This document shows, one piece after another, positions 27,022 through 35,447 of a stretch of DNA of 64,000 nt. The position numbers and the translations under genes were made by a program. The notes below the pieces were generated by a model. It saw nothing but the letters and a program-made list of their open reading frames with translations, ran no database searches and was not told the origin of the DNA. Position 1 is the first letter of the stretch, and every line of letters begins with the position of its first letter. This DNA comes from Minisyncoccota bacterium (GTDB lineage: Bacteria > Patescibacteriota > Minisyncoccia > Phycocordibacterales > UBA2100), in contig JARLIE010000183.1 of assembly GCA_031291875.1 (NCBI GenBank), forward strand, positions 129,356 through 193,355, written 5' to 3'.

Positions 27022-27498
27022 CTAGGCGACGCTGATGCTTTCGATCACCACCGCTTCGGTCGGGCGATCCGACTGATCGGTCATACCATTCTCGATCGCA
27101 AGGACGACGTCCATACCGCTTACAACCTTGCCGAAAACAGTGTGCTTCGGGTCGAGGAAATTATTGTCGCGAACATTGATGAAAAACTGCGAGCCGTTGG
27201 TATTCGGGCCCGCATTGGCCATCGAGATCGTGCCAGTATCGTTATGATTTTCGGCGTGGATTTCATCATCAAACGTGTAGCCAGGACCTCCCGTGCCCCA
27301 ACGCGCCATCAGTGAATCATCTTTGGTCTGAGGGTCGCCGCCTTGGATCATAAAGTCCTTGATGACGCGGTGAAATTTTGTGCCGTCATAAAACGCGCTC
27401 TTTGCGAGCTTTGTAAAGTTCGCGACCGTATTCGGCGCGTCCTGCTCGAAGAGTTCGATAGTAAAGTCGCCTTTCGACGTTTTGAATGTTGCTTGCAT
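27022..27498 (-). CDS. Peptidyl-prolyl cis-trans isomerase, cyclophilin type
   Basis: FHRVIKDFMIQGGDP, GTISMANAGPNTNGSQFFI, HTVFGKV; start at the internal Met MQATFK. Confidence 0.92.
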   Translation of the reverse strand: MQATFKTSKGDFTIELFEQDAPNTVANFTKLAKSAFYDGTKFHRVIKDFMIQGGDPQTKDDSLMARWGTGGPGYTFDDEIHAENHNDTGTISMANAGPNTNGSQFFINVRDNNFLDPKHTVFGKVVSGMDVVLAIENGMTDQSDRPTEAVVIESISVA

Positions 27499-27527
27499 AG
27501 GCGCGTAGTATACCAAACTCCAATAGA

Positions 27528-27556
27528 TTGACCGACCTCTCGCCAAATGCTTTAGT
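27528..27556 (+). promoter_or_regulatory. Sigma-70-type promoter (TTGACC, 17 nt, TTTAGT) followed by AGAGGAGG Shine-Dalgarno for the downstream 111-aa gene
   Basis: Hexamers and spacing read from the sequence. Confidence 0.5.
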
Positions 27557-27576
27557 GCGCGACAGAGGAGGTTCCA

Positions 27577-27912
27577 ATGCTCATAGGAATGCATGCCTAT
27601 TTCACTAAGTGTGGCTGTCCCGACAACCACGGGAGCATCGTGTGCACAAACGGTGCGCGAGTCATCTGCTATAGCGTTCGCGCGGCAATGGAGGCGCTCG
27701 CGAAACTCACGGAAATCGGCTTTCTTGTCGAAGGCGAGTTGCCCGCGCTCGCAAAGCAAATCGAGGAATCCGGTCTTCCACCGACAACTCCGCACGTGCC
27801 GGCGTTCTACTACCCTACAGCGACGGGAATGAAATTCTCGCCGGTTCACGAACCGCCGTCGCTCGAAGATCTCGCGTACGCCGTCTCGCTGCCCGAGAAA
27901 AAGATGTGCTAA
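27577..27912 (+). CDS. Hypothetical small protein with N-terminal Cys cluster (CGCPDNHGSIVC...C)
   Basis: Strong Shine-Dalgarno and promoter; no family recognised. Confidence 0.6.
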   Translation: MLIGMHAYFTKCGCPDNHGSIVCTNGARVICYSVRAAMEALAKLTEIGFLVEGELPALAKQIEESGLPPTTPHVPAFYYPTATGMKFSPVHEPPSLEDLAYAVSLPEKKMC

Positions 27913-27991
27913 ACGGTAAGGCTCGCCGCGCAATCGGCGAGCCTTTGTTTTTTGCCCAGCTTTTTGATTCCTTTTCTCTAGCCCTCACACA

Positions 27992-29278
27992 TTGTCGATA
28001 CATGCTAGGATGGCCCCGATGCATGCCGCCGATCAGGAATACGATATCGCCGTCGTGGGCGGCGGGCCTGCCGGTATGATGGCCGCAGGGCGAGCCGCGC
28101 AGCTCGGCAAACGAGTCGTTTTGATCGAGAAAAACAGAGGTCTCGGCAAGAAGCTCCTCATCACCGGCGGCGGACGCTGCAACGTCACCAACGCGGAATT
28201 CGATACGCGCAAACTCCTCGCAAAGTTTAAAGACGGTGGCAAATTTCTCGCCTCACCGTTTTCGCAGTGGGCAGCGGAGGATTCGATTCGTTTCTTCAAC
28301 GAACGCGGTATGCCGACCAAGATCGAAGCCGAAAAACGCGTCTTTCCCGAATCCAACACGGCGCAATCCGTGTACGACGTGCTCACCAACTTCCTCGTCT
28401 CCGGCAAAGTCACGATCATGACAGACGCCGCCGTCAAAAGCGTGCAAGCTGAAAACGGACGCATTACCGGACTCCAGCTCAAAGGCGGCGCGGCGGTGCG
28501 CGCAAAGCGCTACATTTTCGCAACCGGCGGAACTTCGCACCCCGAGACAGGCTCGACCGGTGACGGCTACGTCTGGCTCACCGCGCTTGGCCACACGGTG
28601 AATAGCGCGAACGCCGCGCTCGTTCCCCTTGCGGTGAAAGACATGCGGATCAAGCGGGCCGCGGGTGTCGCCATCCAGAGCGCCAAGATCACGGTTTTGC
28701 AAAACGAAACGAAACAAAGTTCGCTCGTCGGAAAAATTCTTTTCACGCATGTCGGCCTCAGCGGTCCGGCAACGCTCAACATGAGTCGCGAAATCGGCGA
28801 ACTTCTCAAGTATGGTGACGTCGATATCGAGCTCGATCTCTTGCCTTCGAGCGGGTATGAAAAAGTTAACGCGGCACTCTTAGAGTCATTCGCGACGCAC
28901 GCCAACAAAAAGATCCGCAACGCGCTCTCGCCGCTACTGCCGCCCGCGCTTGTGCCGCTCATCCTCGAGATCGCCGAGATTGCCGAAGACACTCCGTGCA
29001 ACAGCGTCACGCGCGAAGAACGAGTGAAACTCACCAAAACGCTCAAGCACCTGCGCTTCCAGGTCGATCATCTCCTCGGCATGGACAAAGCCGTTGTCAC
29101 CGCAGGCGGCGTCGCGCTGACGGAAGTCGATTTCAAAACGATGCGTTCGCTCAAGTGCGAAAATCTCTATATCGTCGGCGATTTGCTCGACATCGATCGC
29201 CCTTCCGGCGGCTACAGCTTACAGCTGTGTTGGACGACCGGGTTCGTTGCCGGCACCGCAGCTGCTACTGCGCAATAA
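27992..29278 (+). CDS. NAD(P)/FAD-dependent oxidoreductase, HI0933/BaiN-like flavoprotein
   Basis: YDIAVVGGGPAGMMAAGRAAQLGKRVVLIEKN...LLITGGGRCNVTN. Confidence 0.88.
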   Translation: MSIHARMAPMHAADQEYDIAVVGGGPAGMMAAGRAAQLGKRVVLIEKNRGLGKKLLITGGGRCNVTNAEFDTRKLLAKFKDGGKFLASPFSQWAAEDSIRFFNERGMPTKIEAEKRVFPESNTAQSVYDVLTNFLVSGKVTIMTDAAVKSVQAENGRITGLQLKGGAAVRAKRYIFATGGTSHPETGSTGDGYVWLTALGHTVNSANAALVPLAVKDMRIKRAAGVAIQSAKITVLQNETKQSSLVGKILFTHVGLSGPATLNMSREIGELLKYGDVDIELDLLPSSGYEKVNAALLESFATHANKKIRNALSPLLPPALVPLILEIAEIAEDTPCNSVTREERVKLTKTLKHLRFQVDHLLGMDKAVVTAGGVALTEVDFKTMRSLKCENLYIVGDLLDIDRPSGGYSLQLCWTTGFVAGTAAATAQ

Positions 29279-29504
29279 GAGAAAGTTTGTCTTTGCGGCT
29301 CCAGCGCTTGATTTCAGCTTCGCGCCTCAACGCGCGACTTTTGTCTTTGCACTTCTCCGTATACAAAATCTTCATAGCGCGATGCGAGCGCGTATACCGG
29401 CTCGCCGTTCCCGCCTTGTGCTGCTCGAAGCGCCGGGCGACGTCGGTCGTGATCCCGGTGTAAATACTTTTATCTTTGCACTCGAGCAGGTACACGAAGT
29501 ACAT
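29265..29504 (-). CDS. GIY-YIG nuclease-family small protein (UPF0213/YhbQ-like)
   Basis: YFVYLLECKDKSIYTGITTDVARRFEQHKAG; start at the internal Met MYFVYLL. Confidence 0.75.
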   Translation of the reverse strand: MYFVYLLECKDKSIYTGITTDVARRFEQHKAGTASRYTRSHRAMKILYTEKCKDKSRALRREAEIKRWSRKDKLSLIAQ

Positions 29505-29773
29505 CAGAGGTACAGGTCGTCGACATAGCACCAGCGCCACTCGTGCGGCGGCTGGTACGAATCGATGATCGGATGGCCAGTTTCCTCAAAATGCTTTCGG
29601 GCGTGCGTGTTCTTCGATGAATCGCAGCAACCTGTGTGGCCGCAGATCATGCACAGACGCACTTTCACCCAGGTGTCGCCGATCTTTTCGCAATCTTCGC
29701 ACCCTGTCGAATGCGGCAGTACGTTCTCATTAATCTGATCCAAGTGCGTGCACTTCTTTGCCTCTTCTGCCAT
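29504..29773 (-). CDS. UBP-type zinc-finger (zf-UBP) protein
   Basis: CTHLDQI...CEDCEKIGDTWVKVRLCMICGHTGCCDSSKNTHARKHFEETGHP. Confidence 0.7.
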   Translation of the reverse strand: MAEEAKKCTHLDQINENVLPHSTGCEDCEKIGDTWVKVRLCMICGHTGCCDSSKNTHARKHFEETGHPIIDSYQPPHEWRWCYVDDLYL

Positions 29774-29780
29774 ACGATTT

Positions 29781-30089
29781 TTATTTGACGCGCTTGCGGA
29801 ACTTTACCGAACCGCGACGCACGCCTTTCTTCGCTATCATCACTTTCTTCGCTGCCAAGCGCTTTCCCGTTTTGCGAGAACGCGACTCTCTGTTTTTAAT
29901 ATCCTGATTCGGTCGTTTTGCCATTCCAGAAGTATACCTCGGATTATCGAGCCATTTGCCACCGTACGGTTTTTGGGTACTTTGCGCCTTGTGCTTGTGT
30001 CGCACTGCTCCCGGCGTCCCGCGCCTCGTGGCATCCGCCCTGCTCCTGTATTGCTGCCGTTTGGCTTCCGTCTTTTTGAGTCCGTTCAT
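29781..30089 (-). CDS. Highly basic hypothetical protein
   Basis: Lys/Arg-rich ORF in a tight array with the zf-UBP and GIY-YIG genes; could be spurious. Confidence 0.35.
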   Translation of the reverse strand: MNGLKKTEAKRQQYRSRADATRRGTPGAVRHKHKAQSTQKPYGGKWLDNPRYTSGMAKRPNQDIKNRESRSRKTGKRLAAKKVMIAKKGVRRGSVKFRKRVK

Positions 30090-30153
30090 GGCCCAAGAGT
30101 AGCGGGGTCCGACGGAAGGACCGGTGAAGTTTAATGTTTGTAAACATGGGAAA

Positions 30154-30185
30154 GCACAACGCCCCGCGTATGCGGGGCGTTGTGC
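30154..30185 (-). terminator. 14-bp perfect hairpin (GCACAACGCCCCGC-gtat-GCGGGGCGTTGTGC) after the CsbD-like small gene
   Basis: On the minus strand it is followed by UUUCCCAUGUUUAC. Confidence 0.6.
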
Positions 30186-30200
30186 TGATCAAAGGAAGAA

Positions 30201-30359
30201 TTAGAGTTTCTCCTCCTGCGCCTCGATATCGTTCTTCGTCTTTTCAGCAGCGGCCTTCGTGTCTACCCACGCGTTCTTTACATTTTTCTTTCCTTCCACG
30301 TAAGCGTCCTTCGCCTTATCCGTAATAGATTCTTCCTCATTCAACTCATCGTTTGCCAT
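30201..30359 (-). CDS. 52-aa CsbD-like general-stress small protein (MANDELNEEESITDKAKDAYVEGKKNVKNAWVDTKAAAEKTKNDIEAQEEKL), not in the ORF track
   Basis: ATG to TAA followed by a strong hairpin; composition matches CsbD/general-stress-type small proteins. Confidence 0.5.
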   Translation of the reverse strand: MANDELNEEESITDKAKDAYVEGKKNVKNAWVDTKAAAEKTKNDIEAQEEKL

Positions 30360-30438
30360 AGAGTGAATTCGTTATCTCTGCTATGTACTGAGCGTAACTT
30401 CAGTGACGTGAAGAACGGATGTAGGCTGCGCCGTAAAC

Positions 30439-30924
30439 CTACTTCGAAAGTTCCAAAAGCAGATCTTCCAGATCGAGCGGCACTGTGACCATTTCCACTT
30501 GGCCATCGTTGCTCACTTTCCACGTATTGCGCGGACGATCTGCATAGAGCTCGACGCCGTTGCCGTCTGGGTCGTCCAAATAAATTGCTTCGGAAACGCC
30601 GTGATCCGCAGCACCCGTGATTGGATACTCCGCATCGGCCAAATTCTTGAGCGCCTGTGCAAGCTCGCGCCTGGTCGGATACAAAATCGCAAAGTGATAC
30701 AAGCCCGCGTGCCCCTTGGGCGCCGGAGAGGCGCCGACTCCCTGCCAGGTGTTTAAAGCGATGTGATGATGATACCCGCCGGCCGAAAGAAATACCGCCG
30801 AATCGCCGTAGCGAGCCGTCACCTCAAACCCCAAAATATCCCGATAAAACCCGAGTGCCCGCTCCAAATCCCCGACGTGCAAATGCACATGGCCAATTAC
30901 CGTCTCCGCGTGTGCCTTTTTCAT
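30439..30924 (-). CDS. VOC-family (glyoxalase/extradiol dioxygenase-like) protein
   Basis: HVHLHVGDLERALGFYRDILGFEV plus a second VOC half; the gene start has a TAAACT-N6-ATG leaderless promoter. Confidence 0.85.
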   Translation of the reverse strand: MKKAHAETVIGHVHLHVGDLERALGFYRDILGFEVTARYGDSAVFLSAGGYHHHIALNTWQGVGASPAPKGHAGLYHFAILYPTRRELAQALKNLADAEYPITGAADHGVSEAIYLDDPDGNGVELYADRPRNTWKVSNDGQVEMVTVPLDLEDLLLELSK

Positions 30925-30980
30925 TCATTTAGTTTAACAGGACATTCTATGATGTCCCTACGGGGGCTAAATATGCGTGT

Positions 30981-31343
30981 TCAGAGCTCCGTGTACTTCG
31001 TATGCCGGCCCTTAGATTTGGAGACGGGGTATTTTTTTGCGTTCTTTTTCATCTTTGCGAGGAACGCCTTTTTGAGCTCGATATGGAGATCATTCGCGAG
31101 GTACAGTAGATAGCACAAGACATCGGCGAGCTCGTCGCCGATTTCGCTTTTGTGGGTCTTTATATGCTGCCGAACTTCCTCCTGAGATTTCCATTGAAAA
31201 TGCTCCATCACCTCGGCCGCCTCCAAGACGAGCGAAAGTGCCACGTCCTTGGGGGTATGGAATTGCTCCCAGTCCCGATCTGCTCGGAACTTCACTGCGA
31301 CTTTCTGGAGCTTTTGGAGCTCGCTTAGGGTCTTTTTGGCCAT
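30981..31343 (-). CDS. MazG-like nucleotide pyrophosphohydrolase
   Basis: MazG/NTP-PPase EExxE-type helices (LVLEAAEVMEHF, EIGDELADVLCYLLYLA). Confidence 0.8.
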   Translation of the reverse strand: MAKKTLSELQKLQKVAVKFRADRDWEQFHTPKDVALSLVLEAAEVMEHFQWKSQEEVRQHIKTHKSEIGDELADVLCYLLYLANDLHIELKKAFLAKMKKNAKKYPVSKSKGRHTKYTEL

Positions 31344-31377
31344 GCACCGAAATCATGGCATACATCTCCATTCCAAA

Positions 31378-32052
31378 CTAGAGCAGCCCGCGTTTGGCTC
31401 GGCCGGAGTGCGCGGAGCACTTGAGAGATACAGAAGTCGTGCCCGCGAAATGAAGATCGGATTCGGTATAGCACTCGGTGCAGCGGCCTTTGTCGCGTTT
31501 CCATACCTCCGCCTTGATCGCCGCGGGAATGAGCCGCTCGATGCGATCCGGGTCGTGCTCGTCGTAGCCGCCGCGCGTCTCGGCGAGCGTTAGATAAAAT
31601 TTGAACACTTTGCGGCCACTCTCGCTTACCTGCCGAGCGTCTATGAGATCGAAGATGCCTTTGTCGAAAAAGACGCCGGCGTCGATCTTTTCATAGACCT
31701 GGATCTGGAGCGGCTCTTTGCGTATGCCGTCTTTAAAGGCATTGGCGGCTTTGAGAAATTTGCCGTTGTCGGTGAGCTTGCCGCTTTCGTACATCGCGAG
31801 CTGGTCCACAGATTTGCCGCTCTCGAGAGTCGTCGAGTCGTGGCCCTCGAATATGAATTGCTGGTTCTCATCGTCCCAGAGATCGACATAGCCGCGCTCG
31901 CGCGGAATTACGAGAAAGACGGAAAGCATGAATTCGTCGTCGCGAAAGTTCATACTCTTGTGAAGTTCGACGCCTTCGCGCGCGATTACCTCAGCCGCCG
32001 AAATAATCGGCGAACGACTCCTTGGCGTTGGATCTCCCAGAAAGTTCGACAT
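31378..32052 (-). CDS. Hypothetical protein with C-terminal HNH-like nuclease motif (CTEC...ESDLHF...CSAH) and uncharacterised N-terminal domain
   Basis: C-x2-C ... DLH ... C-x2-H spacing is consistent with an HNH zinc-finger nuclease; the N-terminal 170 aa are unassigned. Confidence 0.45.
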   Translation of the reverse strand: MSNFLGDPTPRSRSPIISAAEVIAREGVELHKSMNFRDDEFMLSVFLVIPRERGYVDLWDDENQQFIFEGHDSTTLESGKSVDQLAMYESGKLTDNGKFLKAANAFKDGIRKEPLQIQVYEKIDAGVFFDKGIFDLIDARQVSESGRKVFKFYLTLAETRGGYDEHDPDRIERLIPAAIKAEVWKRDKGRCTECYTESDLHFAGTTSVSLKCSAHSGRAKRGLL

Positions 32053-32061
32053 GTTGCAAGC

Positions 32062-32784
32062 TTAGCTTTGGGCCAAAAAGTGCTCAAGGGTGTAGATCCA
32101 GTCCTCCTCGCCTTCTCCTTCCTTTTTCTTTTCTTTCAAAAGCCATTCCAAGTAGCCGCGGTCTTGCCTCGCGATTTCCTCAATGCGCTTTCCCTTGTGC
32201 TTGCCGAAGCGGATCGTCGTGAAGAGTTTCGGTTTGGAGGAGATATCGAGCATTTCTTTGACGGCCAACTCTTCAGAACCGAGCTGCGCGGTGAGTTTGG
32301 CAAGAAGGTGTTCGAAGAGCGCTTCGAGCACGAGCACGTCGCCGAAGGCATCGTGCGCGTTCGCCTCCACCTCGATGCCGAGCGCGTAGCGTAGATATTG
32401 CAAACTGTAGTGCGAAAAGGCGCTCTCCGTATCGATCGTCGAGGCGACTTTGTAGGTGCAGATAACGTTGCGCGGTCGGATGCCCTCGCGGCGCAAAATA
32501 GCAACGTCAAAAGAGGCGTTGTGCGCGACCGTGACGACTTCCTCGTGTTCGAAATCATCTTTGATCTTTTGGTACTCGGGCGTCTCCTGAAACGCAGGTC
32601 GATCGGCCACCATTTTCTCCGTTATGTGGTGGATCGCCATGGCCTCAAACGTAATCGGCAGCGGTGGTCTGTAGAGCTCGTTGAGATACGGCGCTTCTAT
32701 GCCGCGTTCCTTGATGCCCAATTGGCACAGGCGGTCGCCATCAGCGTTGCCGGTCGTTTCGGTGTCGAAAAAGAGGGTCCTCAC
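32062..32784 (-). CDS. DnaQ-like DEDDh 3'-5' exonuclease fused to DUF3820 domain
   Basis: FFDTETTG, HNASFD, HDAFGD; C-terminal FGKHKGKRIEEI...YLEWLL. Confidence 0.8.
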   Translation of the reverse strand: MRTLFFDTETTGNADGDRLCQLGIKERGIEAPYLNELYRPPLPITFEAMAIHHITEKMVADRPAFQETPEYQKIKDDFEHEEVVTVAHNASFDVAILRREGIRPRNVICTYKVASTIDTESAFSHYSLQYLRYALGIEVEANAHDAFGDVLVLEALFEHLLAKLTAQLGSEELAVKEMLDISSKPKLFTTIRFGKHKGKRIEEIARQDRGYLEWLLKEKKKEGEGEEDWIYTLEHFLAQS

Positions 32785-32878
32785 ACCTCTAGTGTAGCCG
32801 ATGCATCGAGATGAGCCAATTTGGGCCTTGACACCTTTTTGCTATCTGCTACCTTTACATGACAAGGTACTATATTTT

Positions 32879-33202
32879 ATGGAGAAGCAAGACTCATTTG
32901 AAGCAATTCGACGTGGGCTCCTCGAGTTTGTCGTGCTCACCGTCATCTCGAGAGAAGACGTCTATTCGGCGGATATCCTGGCGGCACTCGCCGATACGGA
33001 ATTCAAAACGCAGGAAGGGACGCTCTATCCCCTACTCTCAAAGCTGCGCCGCGAAGAACTGCTCGATTACAAGTGGGAGGAATCCCAAACGGGGCCGCCG
33101 CGCAAATACTATTCGTTGACACCTCAAGGCAAGCAACGGCTGGAAAACCTAACGAGCTACTGGAACGACATTACCAAAACCATTAAAAGCATCGGCAAAT
33201 AA
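32879..33202 (+). CDS. PadR-family transcriptional regulator
   Basis: GTLYPLLSKLRREELL...PRKYYSLTPQG; start at the internal Met MEKQDSF. Confidence 0.85.
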   Translation: MEKQDSFEAIRRGLLEFVVLTVISREDVYSADILAALADTEFKTQEGTLYPLLSKLRREELLDYKWEESQTGPPRKYYSLTPQGKQRLENLTSYWNDITKTIKSIGK

Positions 33203-33212
33203 CGAACCATCT

Positions 33213-34325
33213 ATGAACAAAGTAATCGCGATCAATTTGGGAGGCAGAGCCTACCAGCTCGAAGAAGCGGGCTATGAGGCACTGCGCGCGTACCTCGACC
33301 AAGCATCGCAGCGCCTTGCGGACGACCCAGGCAAAGCCGAGATCATCGCGGATCTGGAGCAAGCAATTGCGGAGAAATGCGACAAGGTTTTGAATCCCAA
33401 CAAATCCGTCGTCCTCACCAACGAGGTTGCTCGCATCATCCAAGAGATGGGGCCCGTCGAAGGGCAAGACAAGGCCGAAAATGTCGGTGCGAAGAATGAG
33501 TACATAGGGCCGCGAGCTCCCCGCCGTTTCTTCCTGATTCGCGAAGACGCCGTGCTCGCGGGGGTTTGTACCGGTCTTGCCGCGTACTTCGACATTGATG
33601 TCACCTTGGTGCGCCTGCTCTTCATTCTGCTCACCGTTCTCACCGGGGGAATCTGGGTGCTCCTCTATCTCGCGCTCGCGATCCTCGTCCCCTATGCCGA
33701 CACTGCCGAGACCCGCGCGCAGGCTCGAGGCGAAGCATTCAATGCAGAAGCGCTCGTGCAACGCGCCAAAGAGCGTTGGAGCGAAGGCTACGAGCGCGTG
33801 ACTGGTTCGAAATTCGATTGGAACGATATGAACACGGCGCACGAGAATCACCGCAAATGGAAACAGATGCGCAAAATGCAAAAATGGCAGTGGAAACAGG
33901 AGTGGAAACGAGAGCGAAGCCATTGGAACCCTGCGTACGGACTGGTGCGTGCGATCCTCGCGCTCGTGTGGATAGGTGCACTCATCTCACTCATAACGAA
34001 AGGTGCGATCTTCGGAATTGCGGTGACGATCATCCCGATCTGGCTCGCTGTCTTCTTGCTCTTTATCGTTTTCTTTATGATCACCGGTCCGATGCAGGCC
34101 GCGCACTCATATGGAAGATACGATCCCACCGGGGTCTACCACTACCAGTACGAATACCGTAGCGATCCATTCGACGGTTTCGTCGGGGTTATTACGGCCA
34201 TCTTCCTCATCGTGGCTTTTCTCTGGGCCTATCACGACGTGCCACAGTTCTACTTCTTCCTGCACCATCCGATCGCGGGGACAAAGGAGCTCTTCGCGTA
34301 CGTCGGCTCGCTCTGGCAGCGCTAG
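33213..34325 (+). CDS. PspC-domain membrane protein
   Basis: FLIREDAVLAGVCTGLAAYFDIDVTLVRLLFILLTVLTGGIWVLLYLALAILVP is a canonical PspC domain; the C-terminal region is multi-TM. Confidence 0.85.
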   Translation: MNKVIAINLGGRAYQLEEAGYEALRAYLDQASQRLADDPGKAEIIADLEQAIAEKCDKVLNPNKSVVLTNEVARIIQEMGPVEGQDKAENVGAKNEYIGPRAPRRFFLIREDAVLAGVCTGLAAYFDIDVTLVRLLFILLTVLTGGIWVLLYLALAILVPYADTAETRAQARGEAFNAEALVQRAKERWSEGYERVTGSKFDWNDMNTAHENHRKWKQMRKMQKWQWKQEWKRERSHWNPAYGLVRAILALVWIGALISLITKGAIFGIAVTIIPIWLAVFLLFIVFFMITGPMQAAHSYGRYDPTGVYHYQYEYRSDPFDGFVGVITAIFLIVAFLWAYHDVPQFYFFLHHPIAGTKELFAYVGSLWQR

Positions 34326-34398
34326 AAAACTGCTTTACAGTGCTTGTACGCGGTGGTAGGTTTCGGATAGCCGGAACAACTACGCGAAAGGATTCTCG

Positions 34399-34872
34399 AT
34401 GATAACCAGGAGAAAGCTGATCGTAACTTCACTGATGTCGATGCCCGCGCTCTTGCTTCGCAGTAGCGACGGCCGAGCCGACGACGAATCGATGATCGAA
34501 TTGAAAGGCGCCGCCCCAACGTTTGAAGGCACACCGATGGGGTCTGCGCCGGGTGATTACGGATATCGACACGACCTCTATCACGCGGACTACCAAGCCC
34601 TCTTCGGCGCGAGCGGTCACTGCAGTTGCGGGAGCGGTGATTGCAGGGTCACGATTTGGCGAGAAACGAAACTCGATAGTCCGATGGGCTATGACATCGT
34701 CGCGTGGCGCAATTGGTATCCGCTACCCGCAAACGTCTGGATGCCGGATACCAGCTCAAATATTCCGCTGGAGTTGTACCGTGAATGGGCACATGTCTGT
34801 GCGTACAGAATCGGCTATAACAGCAACGCACCGACCATCGCCTGCGCGCTGATCAACAAGAAACAAGCTTGA
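34399..34872 (+). CDS. Hypothetical exported protein with twin-arginine-like signal (MITRRKLIVTSLMSMPALLL)
   Basis: RRKL motif plus hydrophobic core; Cys pairs (CSCGSGDC, CAYRIGYNSNAPTIAC). Confidence 0.6.
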   Translation: MITRRKLIVTSLMSMPALLLRSSDGRADDESMIELKGAAPTFEGTPMGSAPGDYGYRHDLYHADYQALFGASGHCSCGSGDCRVTIWRETKLDSPMGYDIVAWRNWYPLPANVWMPDTSSNIPLELYREWAHVCAYRIGYNSNAPTIACALINKKQA

Positions 34873-34878
34873 AGCACA

Positions 34879-34909
34879 GGCCCCGCGAAAACGCGGGGCC
34901 TTTGTTATT
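34879..34909. terminator. Bidirectional intrinsic terminator (GGCCCCGCG-aaaa-CGCGGGGCC followed by TTTGTTATT) between convergent genes
   Basis: Perfect 9-bp GC stem; a U-tract follows on the plus strand. Confidence 0.85.
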
Positions 34910-35441
34910 GCACGCGCACGAACGCAAGCGTGTTGCCTCGAGCAAGGTAACTGAGCTGCAGATTCGTGCCGCTCGCTTCGAGCACGCTGTAGTAGAGGGT
35001 CGATTTCCCTTCTTTGACGACGGTATATACGGTGCCGGGAACGATGGTCGAGTCGAAGCCAGGATCCGGGTTCGCGCTCGTGAAAATTTTGTAGGTGCCA
35101 GTTTCGGAAACACTGCTCGAAGCATCACCGCCTTTGTATTTGTCGGTCCACTTGCCGTCGGCAGTGATAACAACCGTGTAGTTGGGATCGTCGACCGATT
35201 GCCAGGTTCCGACCACGTTCGTCGCGACCGTCGAAGGATCAAGCGGTGGCGTCGGACTCGTTGCCGTTGAGTCGGTGCCAGAAGCGGAGGTATCTACTGG
35301 AGTCTGCGTGCTGCCCTGTTGTAGTTGGGCGGTATCGTTTGCTGCGGTCGGTTCAGTGTGCTGTCGGTACCCTAAGAGCCATGCGCCTACCGCGACCAGA
35401 ATGATCACGAGAATGATGACGGGCGTGCGCAAATTGTTCAT
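34905..35441 (-). CDS. Membrane-anchored hypothetical protein
   Basis: N-terminal TM VIILVIILVAVGAWLLGY, Thr/Ser-rich linker, beta-rich C-terminal domain. Confidence 0.6.
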   Translation of the reverse strand: MNNLRTPVIILVIILVAVGAWLLGYRQHTEPTAANDTAQLQQGSTQTPVDTSASGTDSTATSPTPPLDPSTVATNVVGTWQSVDDPNYTVVITADGKWTDKYKGGDASSSVSETGTYKIFTSANPDPGFDSTIVPGTVYTVVKEGKSTLYYSVLEASGTNLQLSYLARGNTLAFVRVQ

Positions 35442-35447
35442 GGCGAT

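Noticed and set aside
29748-30134. Plus-strand 128-aa ORF
   Set aside because: Antisense to the basic/zf-UBP array and crosses a terminator hairpin.
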